Below, piece by piece: positions 1 through 7,832 of a stretch of DNA of 11,265 nt (position 1 is its first letter; every line of letters starts with the position of its first letter). The notes under the pieces are model-generated. The model was not told the DNA's origin. It ran no database searches and worked only from the letters and a program-made list of their open reading frames with translations. The DNA comes from Vitrella brassicaformis CCMP3155 (taxonomy: Eukaryota > Protista > Chromerida), in assembly GCA_001179505.1 (NCBI GenBank), contig CDMY01000911.1:1-11265 (forward strand), written 5' to 3'. The translations under genes were made by a program, and so were the position numbers.

Positions 1-5
1 ATCAG

Positions 6-119
6 CTGCCGACAGACAGACGATAGACAGGCTGCTGACAGGCTGCTGCACAGACAGACTGCCGACAGGCGGATGATAGACAGACCTGTTAGGATCTGCC
101 CAACTGCCGATCAGGCGGA
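6..119. repeat. Imperfect GACAG/CTGCCGA direct-repeat cluster
   Basis: ctgccgacag-acagac-gatagacag (6-30) recurs as ctgccgacag-gcggat-gatagacag (59-83), with a partial third copy ctgccgatcaggcgga (104-119). There is also a perfect tandem GACAGGCTGCT x2 (26-47). Confidence 0.6.
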
Positions 120-393
120 AAAGACAAACCAGATTGCTGCGCCCATGTAAGAATAGGTGGGAGAGAGTCGGGGAGAATGGTGAAGAGAGGATCTGCCGGG
201 CGGTCAGTCCCGGATAAAGGATTAAGTCAATGCAACGTAAGGTCTGTGGATTTTGTGGAGAGTCCACGTAGGACATGTAGTATGCGTCAGTCCATCCTGT
301 CTGACGTCCTGTCCGCCATGGCCTGTCTCATGGAACGGACAAAGACTCAACAGCCGTCCTGTCTCACAGATCAGTGGATCGTCGGTCTATTAC

Positions 394-414
394 CCCTAGA
401 CCCTAAACCCTGGA
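394..414 (+). repeat. Three in-register telomere-like heptamers
   Basis: CCCTAGA CCCTAAA CCCTGGA. CCCTAAA is the complement of the TTTAGGG telomere repeat known from plants and Toxoplasma. Confidence 0.45.
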
Positions 415-448
415 CCGACTTGCACTTCTGACAGTAAGTGGAGAAGGG

Positions 449-955
449 ATGCATGGCATCGAGTACACGGAGAGCGATGCGCGTTCCAGCGACAGCGACT
501 CCAGCAGGGAACCGACAGCGTCGCCTATTTCGAGCGCCAGCGGCGCCGGCTCTGCGCCAAGCACGCCATCAGCATCCTGTGCCAGGAAGAGCTTGTCTCT
601 GTCCAGTATTTGAATACCCTTACCGAGCAGCTCTTCGAACGACACTGCGCGCGAGACAAGGCCTGCATGGCCATGCGTCGGCACCAGTGTCAATTGCACT
701 ATCCGTGACGAGCTCTACTTTGCTGACGGCGACTATCATCAGCAGGTCGTCTTGGATGGCCTCGAAGCGAAGGACCTTCAAACATGTCTCAGGTCCGCAA
801 ACCTGTCAGGCACCACCTGCCATGACCTGCCTACACATCCATGCACGTGCACCACTACAGGTCACTTTTGTGAGGAGAGAGTAATCTCAATCTGCTCTGC
901 TACGCTCTTTAAGAGGACACGTGTATCCTGTGCATCCTGCAAGGGATCATCATGA
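449..955 (+). pseudogene. Josephin-domain (ataxin-3/JOSD-like deubiquitinase) remnant, frameshifted
   Basis: The frame starting at 523 reads AYFERQRRRLCAKHAISILCQEELVSVQYLNTLTEQL. This matches the Josephin N-terminus (FHEKQ..LCAQHCL..LQ...LSSIAHQL), with the oxyanion Gln at 538 and the catalytic Cys at 553. The frame stops at TGA 706-708. The +1 frame continues DELYFADGDYHQQVVLDGL, similar to JOSD GNYDVNVIMAAL. The likely start ATG 449 (MHGIEYTESD) is also out of frame with the catalytic segment. No clear HW...NLDS half was found. Confidence 0.65.
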
Positions 956-1482
956 TGATGGTCAAGTGGCGGATGCTGGTGTTGATGACGTTCCTTCTCG
1001 TCGGCGGGCACACTCCGCCATCCCCCACGAGGACCGAGCATCACCACGACAACCAGCAGGCCCACAACCTCCAGCACGGCCCCTCTGAGCACGAGGTCTT
1101 CCTCAAGAAACTCGAGGCGCCCGCTGTGAGGAACGGCAAACACGGCTGCATCGTAGAGTGGCATTCTCCATCCAACCGCTACGCATGTACGTCTGCAGGG
1201 AGGGGTGGAAGATGGCAGGGGAGGAAGGATGCATGGCGCTGAGACCTGCGCTGCTGTGCTGTGCGTACTGCAGGGAATCTCTGTGCAGTGGGTCTCATGG
1301 AGTGGTGCACTTCCCACAATGCCACGGAGACCTTCTACTGCTTCAAATTCAAGTTTGGCGTAGATCTGCAATGTGGCAACATCTCGGCTCCGGCCATAGC
1401 CACACGGACGAGTCGCGCCGGCTGGACAGGTGGGGAAACGCCGATGGTGCCCAGCACATACGCTTACACTCGTGTGTGCTGA
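952..1482 (+). CDS. Putative 2-exon small protein with hydrophobic N-terminus (unknown function)
   Basis: Exon 952-1186, intron 1187-1288 (GTACGT...GTGCAG; an alternative in-frame acceptor lies at 1273), exon 1289-1482. Splicing removes the in-frame TGA at 1240 and joins ORFs 952..1242 and 1261..1482 into MMMVKWRMLVLMTFLLVGGH...HSPSNRYALGLMEWCTSHNATETFYCFKFKFG...RVC. No family recognised. Confidence 0.4.
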
Positions 1483-1680
1483 CTGTACTCGGTCAATTCA
1501 GACGTCTGTGTGAGCTGTAGTGTGCTGGGCCGCATGGGCGACATGGATTCGCCCAATGGACCAGGACGCGCCGGTCAGCTAATGAACGCCACACACGGAC
1601 GAGTGCTATGTCCATGTGCTGGATGCATTTGTGTGCAGCTAATTGTTCAGAGGTACTTCAAAGACGACCCACTTTTCCCC

Positions 1681-4493
1681 ATGCCGACCCTCTCTGAGGG
1701 AAAAGACACTGACACGAACCCACCCAACACATACGCCTCCCCAGGGTAAGTCACAGATGCACAGCAGAGGCACAGCACATCACAACAGCTTCCTTCCTGT
1801 AGGTATCCTACTATAGCCATGCCCCAGATGCACGTGCCCCAAGAGGTTGCTATACCTTCTGTTGGTCATCGGCCTGCTGATCTGGGGAATGCGCGGCTAC
1901 ATGGCCTTGAGTGCGAGCCGCGGTCAAGCAAAGGCAGAGCCGCCCGTGCGGCCCACGTTTGCAATGTTCGCCCAACACGCCGACTACTACCGACAAGAAA
2001 TGTAAGTGAGAGAGAGAAAACGATGGATGCGGAACATGGAAAAGGACACGTGCGTACGTGTGCCTTTCATCCTTGTGTTATATACCTTAGGAGGCAGCAG
2101 AGGCAGGCCGTCAAACAGCAACAGAGCCAGCAGCAGCGGCAGGTAGACGTCATTTCAGCGATCCACCCATCACCCATTCACGCCGTCCCGTTGTGTGATG
2201 CATTTTCGGTTCAGGATGAGATCCATGATATGTACGAGGAACGCCTGCGAGAAATGGAGCGGGAGTCGCTGTAAGCAGCCAAAAATTCATGACGCGGATA
2301 TCTCACTCATCCATTCATGTCTCTCTGTGTCTACTCAGATATTGGCAGGAGGCGGGGATCAAGTATAAGGTCTTGTGTGAGAAGCTGCGCGCCATGACTG
2401 CTTATGGCGGCACGCTGCCCCAGGAGCTCATGGACACCCACATGCACCACTTGGTAGGAATACATATACTGTACGCTAACACACACATCATGACCGTCTG
2501 CCGATGTCCGACTCGCTGCAGGCCGCCAAGTATCAACTCCCCTCGCCGAACATGACCACCACCAACAAAAAGACCCCCAACGTACCACCCACAGGTGAGC
2601 TGACACAGGATGCACGCACAGGATGACCATCCATGGTGATCCTTTCCTCTTTCTGCCTGTAGCTGCCTTCTCCGTGCCCTGCCCTGTGGACACGAGTGAG
2701 CTGGCCAACACACTCAACAAGCTGGCCCACAAGGACCAGCCAGGTGAGGAGCGACACACGTGAATGTACCTGTAGACCCCAGCCAAGATGTGCTGTCCAT
2801 TCATATGTGTGGTGTCCTTGTCCAATGGGTTCTTGTTGCAGTGCTGCACGGCGAGGCCTCTGGTTGTGATGCTGAGTACGGCACCAGCCGTCCCGCCACC
2901 GACATCAAGGGTGAGAAGAGCAAGAGATCCATCCATACATAGAGCAGACCTGAAGTCTCGCTCATTGCGCCCTGTGTGTGCCTGCAGGCGCCCCGATGGG
3001 CACGGTGGCGTCACTCACGGCCAAGTACGATGGTGCCAGACTGTTTGCTCCCTCGCGTGCTGCTGGTGGTACGCATGCACGAGACAACAGTGACACACTT
3101 TTGCGGAAGGGATCTCGCATTTGTTGCAGTTAGGAGTAAGTGCGTGTTGAAGCCGGCGACCCTGCAGGGTGCGACTGCCCCTTCATCCTACGTCAACCCA
3201 ATGCCCGCCAGCAATAAGCGCGTCCGTTTGTGCATACACAAACAGACAAGACACATACATAGATGCACACGCGGTCTCCATTTTATCCTGCGTTGCAGTT
3301 GAGTACACGGTGAAGGGCACCCAGACGTACCTGCGTGAGCAGCACGACGGCGGCGTGCAGACGATCTACACGCCTCCCACACAGGCCATCTATCGCGGCG
3401 AAAGATACGGCCACAACTACTACAACGTGTCTAAAGAAGCCAGTAAGCCATTTCAGACACACCACACAAGTGAGGCATTCGCCCATCCATTTATTGAGCT
3501 CCGTTGTCCATTTAGATGTGCATGGTGCGTTAGCCCCCACACACCCCGCACTGCTGGCCTCCATGCGGTCCTCCCGGAACTATGGCGGCGCGTGCAGGGC
3601 GACTCAGGGCATGCAAACCGAGGGCGCCATCGTAGAGGGCACCATGCGCGACCGGTACGCAAAGAGGGAGGGACACTCAGACGGCACAGGAAAAAGAACG
3701 GACGGCACAGACACCCATTTGTGGTGTATCTCCCTCCTTCGCTTCGCGCTTTCAGTATCAGTGTGCGTTCGTATTATTTGGCGGAGGCCAACCCGACCAG
3801 CACACCCGAGACCAACTGGCACGAGGTAACCAACCGCCTCACACGGAGACACACCTCACGAACGCGAGACGGATGGATGAATGGATGTGTGTGTGTGTGT
3901 GTGTCACCCACCCACCAGGCGTCCATGGTCGAGCTGGACGTTTGCCATTTCTTCTCTATCCTTACCTGCCCTAATCATCTGTCTACTTATATTTGTTGTA
4001 GTTGATGATGCTTAAATGCCGCGACCCGCATGGTGAGACCGCGGCGCCCATCGGCGCGCATGCGCCACCAGCCATGCCGACTTCGTCCCATTTGATGCAG
4101 CAGCACTTCCGCCACCCGCCTACCATCGCTGCATCGGGTGCGCTGGCCCCGCATGCCCCTGGCTGGGGCTTCATTTCACCCGCTGCCGCCATGGCGCCCC
4201 AGCGTGCCCCACAAACAGCAGCAGCACCGCAGCGCCACGCCGTGGCCGTCCGCCCCAACATCGCCGCTATCCCGAGGGCCACCCCAGCTGCGTCGAATGC
4301 CAGGGAGGGAGAGAGGAGGGTGGAGGAGAGGAGGGAGCGTGAGGAGGAGAGGGAGAGGGATGAGGAGGAGAGGGATGAGGAGACTGCCGCAGGCCAGCAG
4401 GCCGAGGACGCCCACACACACCGACACACACCAACAGCAGCAGCAGAGGGCAAGGAGAGGGCCGAGGGGGACCACTCGCAGCAGCAGCAGTAG
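1681..4493 (+). CDS. 15-exon gene, ~575 aa predicted type II membrane protein with coiled coil and low-complexity tail; unknown function
   Basis: Exons 1681-1745, 1828-2001, 2091-2142, 2215-2270, 2339-2453, 2522-2594, 2663-2743, 2842-2910, 2988-3068, 3130-3225, 3299-3442, 3516-3654, 3756-3825, 3919-3939, 4002-4493. All 14 introns are GT-AG, 61-101 nt and phase-compatible, giving 1728 nt with no internal stop. The TM segment RLLYLLLVIGLLIWGM (1844-1891) is followed by a Q/E/R-rich coil. The start is uncertain because the frame is open from ATG 1534. Confidence 0.8.
3887..3904. repeat. (GT)9 intronic microsatellite
   Basis: Perfect GT run inside intron 3826-3918. Confidence 0.9.
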
Positions 4494-4609
4494 CAGGACA
4501 GCCCGGAGGCGGCGACGGCCGTGCCGGCGGCAAGTGCGTCGGATGTGAGCCCGTCATCCCCTATTGACGCACCCACCTGCGTATTGGTGGGCTGAGACAC
4601 GTACACCTG

Positions 4610-7587
4610 ATGTACACGAATTCGCATGTCTCTGTACTTCTGTGTGTGTGTCAGATTGCTGCCTACATTTTATGTTCCGAGGCTCTTATCCATCCACCTC
4701 GCCGCCCACCCGCAGCGCCGTCATGCCCCGAGAAGGAATCCGAGGAATTACGAGAAGGCTGGTTTGTCTTGTTCTTCTTACCCTTTTCGATTCGTCACAC
4801 AGGGTTCTGCAGGGAGGACTTCCGAGAGGCCAGGTGGCCCGACACACCCCTCCTGTGTGCCGAGAGCATCGACAGCCAGGCTGACGAGATCCTTCACACG
4901 CCTCGTCGCCCACCGCCCAGCCATCGGCCCCAACCGGCTCCCTCCACGGCCGGCGTTCCCCCCTCCCCGCACCGCCTACCCGCCACAACCACGACCCGGC
5001 ACAAACCTACCCGTCCACTGAGTGCCCCCTCCACCCCGCCCTCCGCTCCTGCTGCGGACCACCGAGCACCAGGCGCCGTCAGCGGCAGCAGCCGCTGCCA
5101 AGAAGGACGGCAAGGAGCTCTGCAAAAAGGGCTCCCGAGACGACGAAACCGGCCCACCAGCGGTATATGCACTCACTGTCAGACAGGCGGCATTTGTGGG
5201 ATTGCGTCTTTCTCTGTCTATCAGCGTCGACGAGAAGCTGCAGCGGACCCTCCCCCACCGCCCCGCCATCCGTCCCAACCGGCCCCACCATCAGCTGCAG
5301 CAGCATCCGGCTCGCGGACGCCGGGGATGTGGCCAGCGGCAGGTGGCCTCACTTGAGGAAGATGTGCGCCATCCCCACGCACACCGACGGCACCGACGTG
5401 CCCGAGGCCGCCAGCTGCTGCCGCATCCCTGTGATCCGGAAGCGGGTCAAGGAGGACAGGAGGTGGCTGTTCCAGGACCGGTATGAGATGGTCGTGCACA
5501 ACATCATGACACACCTGGCCATCTCACGCCTGGCGCAGCCACCCTCCCCGTCTGACCCGCCCACCATCGCCGACGAGCAGCAGCAGCAGCACGCCCCGGC
5601 CGGCGTTATGTCCGACCCCATCGCCCACTTCTACAGGGAGCTGGTGGCGAGCAGCAACTACGGGTGGTGCGGCCTGGCGGCCACAGGCAACCCCTTCTTT
5701 GCTGACATTGCGAAGGTAGGCACACGAACGATGCCGGCAGAGACTCTACAATGTGATGACCTGTGTGTCATCTCTCTCTCCGTGGTCATTGTACATACAG
5801 GAGAAAGGGGACGATCCGCTGGGGTTCGTGCAAGGAGGAAGCGATTGCTGCCTTCATTTTATATTTGACGGATGGCTTTGCTTCAAATCCCCCGCCTCAC
5901 ATCGTTTCTCATCCCATCAATGTGAGCACAATCAGAGAGAGTGGCAGACTCAAGAGTCAGGGGGCGGCATGCTGTCGTCTGTAGACACAGGAGCTCCAAG
6001 ACAGAAGCAAAATCTCCCAGGTGGTGTGGGGCACCTTTCTTCGCCACACCTTTCCTGGCCTGCGGGAATGGGCAGCGGCTTGGCGAAAACGAGACGACCA
6101 CGGCCATCAAGGTGTGCGAGGCCGACGAAGTCCTGCCGCCCGACGACGCCCGGATAATGACGGTGCCCCTCTATCCCCCCGGCCCCCCCACCAGCTGCAA
6201 CTCGGTGCTGCCGCTGCCCGAGCAGCGGAAGCCGCTGCTGATGCAGCAGCACGGCCTCCACACCGAGGAGGATTGGGCGGCGTGGCGGGCCGAGAAGGCC
6301 ACCAAGTCGGGGCTGGACCTCGACGACACGGGGGAAGTGTGCAGGTCGCTGCAGACGCTGGGGGTGGAGGGAGTAGAGCAGGAGGTGGCGCGAGTGGTGA
6401 TGGTTAAGGACATGTTTGACAAATACATGATGATGCGTGAGGTGAGTCACACACATACGTGAAAGGGGAGATGACAGACGGAGGGAGATGCGCTCATCTG
6501 TCCTGTCTGTGCGGTGTGTGTGCAGACCGTGGTGCCGGTGCTGGATAGCGAGTATGACAGCGCCCTCTCCAGCGCCACAGCCGAGGAGGACATCTTGGCG
6601 GCCGGGATGAAGCGGGCCAGGGGCGAGAGCAGCGGCAGGACATTCGTGTGGGGGGACCTGACGCCGTCCAACGCCCTGGTCGCCATCAGCAGATACGAGC
6701 TGCAGCTCAAGGCCGGGGGCACGGGTCGGTTCGTGCTGCCGAGTGTGGTCTTCATCGACCCCAGCGGCACGTCTCGCGGCACGATCTCGGCCCTTTCCGG
6801 CAAGACCAGCTACGAGACCATGGAGAACAAGCTGCTGGCCGAGCTGCGGGAGAAGCTGCCTGAGGGCGTCGACTGGGGCGACGTGGCGGGCTCGCTGCTC
6901 GATTACGGGTGGGCTGACGAAGAGGAGGGCGTCGAGAGCGGGGGCGCTGACGGCGGGGAGGACTTCTGGTCGGCCACCAAGTCGGCCATGGAGGCCCTCC
7001 ACCCGCCCGGCGTGTACGTCTCGAGACACCTGCCCCCTCCCCCAGGCATCGACGTCGACAAGGCGGCCTTCTTGTACGCTAGGACCTTTGAGCGCAGGGA
7101 CCGGTTCCCGCAGCAGGAGAAGCACCTGGAGCGCATGGAGGAGCTGGGCAAGACGGCCGCCTACGAGCGCATCTACACGGAGGAGCTCTTCAAGGCCAAG
7201 TGGCCCGACACGCTCCTCCTGTGTGCCGAGGGGATCGACAGCCAGGCTGCCTGCCATGCCAAGGCCGACGAGATCCTCGGCACACTGCGCGACCGCCACG
7301 TGCCGGCTTCGCTGGTCGACCCGGTGGACCAGTGGCGGAAGGAGGGCGTGCAGCTGGAGCGACTGGTGGGGATGGTGAATGAGAAGGACATAAGCCTGCT
7401 GGAGGCCGCCACAGCCATCATCTATACCCACACCAGTGCGAGGGCCGACGAGAGGGGCGAGAAAGGGCGGCTGCCCTTGATCAGCGACCAGCTGGGCCAG
7501 CTGCTGCAGGGGTGCGATGCCGTGCCCTTCATCCTGCCCCCCTGCCCAACCCCCTCCCCCTCCCCCGCCCCCAGCAGTCGAGTCTGA
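4610..7587 (+). CDS. Spliced gene encoding a putative atypical protein-kinase-like (APH/choline/fructosamine kinase-like) protein; 5' extent uncertain
   Basis: Open spliced path: 4610-5162, 5225-5715, 5801-5823, 6021-6441, 6526-7587 (2550 nt, ~849 aa). The minimal model from ATG 5362 is ~619 aa. G/C-ending codons are strong from ~5300 onward. Motifs: TAIKV (Lys 6109), VWGDLTPSNALV (Asp 6655, Asn 6670), VVFIDP (Asp 6757). The 3' exons are well supported; the frames upstream of ~5300 and the acceptor choice at 5984/5990/6020 are not. Confidence 0.6.
4805..4900 (+). repeat. Diverged duplicate of 7171-7290 (3' exon of the kinase-like gene)
   Basis: 4827-4883 vs 7193-7249: 52/57 nt identical by hand alignment. 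Peptides are FCREDFREARWPDTPLLCAESIDSQA------DEILHT vs IYTEELFKAKWPDTLLLCAEGIDSQAACHAKADEILGT. Confidence 0.85.
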
Positions 7588-7683
7588 CGGGGATGGCCGG
7601 CTCCCTCCCGCCCCCGCCCCCACTGCTCACAACCCAGAACACCACAATCAGACAGCCAAGCAGACGACGGCACAGAAAGGGAC

Positions 7684-7713
7684 GGCGATGGCGATGGCGT
7701 TGGCGATGGCGAG
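7684..7713. repeat. (GGCGAT)n hexamer tandem repeat, 5 imperfect units
   Basis: GGCGAT GGCGAT GGCGTT GGCGAT GGCGAG. Confidence 0.8.
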
Positions 7714-7832
7714 GAGGCTGGTGCGGCAGAGGACAGCAGCTGCGGCGGGGAGGACGACGATCGCAACAAGGAGGGGTACTACGATCGTGCATGTTCTGCA
7801 TGTATTGGGGAGAGGGGAGGGGTTGGGAGGGG

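Noticed and set aside
700-712. CCG-TGA-C (and CGC-TGA-C at 8148-8154) as programmed +1 frameshift sites like RF2/antizyme
   Set aside because: TGA-C arises routinely from NNT-GAC in the neighbouring frame of GC-rich coding DNA. The other shifts lack a stop, and both genes need additional shifts.
438-884. 148-aa + ORF from the track
   Set aside because: Alternative frame overlapping the Josephin-like frames; no recognisable motifs.
2271-2662. Three consecutive introns of exactly 68 nt (possible Introner-like copies)
   Set aside because: Their sequences are not similar to each other, and intron lengths here cluster narrowly, so coincidence suffices.
3169-4005. 278-aa + ORF from the track
   Set aside because: Reads through several clear introns including the (GT)9 tract; only parts are exons of the 15-exon gene.
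4300-4385. Purine-rich GAG/AGG tract as possible repeat array or CRISPR
   Set aside because: Low-complexity coding for an E/R-rich stretch; no repeat-spacer structure anywhere in the window.
6021-6110. Alternative exon frame VVWGTFLRHTFPGLREWAAAW requiring a frameshift
   Set aside because: The 5801-5823 micro-exon gives a fully open model and recreates a GWCG..PFFA repeat, so no frameshift is needed. Not excluded without cDNA.
5950-7623. 557-aa minus-strand ORF and other long antisense ORFs (e.g. 9783-10442, 8931-9680, 2331-3014)
   Set aside because: They mirror G/C-ending sense-strand coding sequence, which suppresses antisense stops. They show no motifs and cross sense-strand introns.
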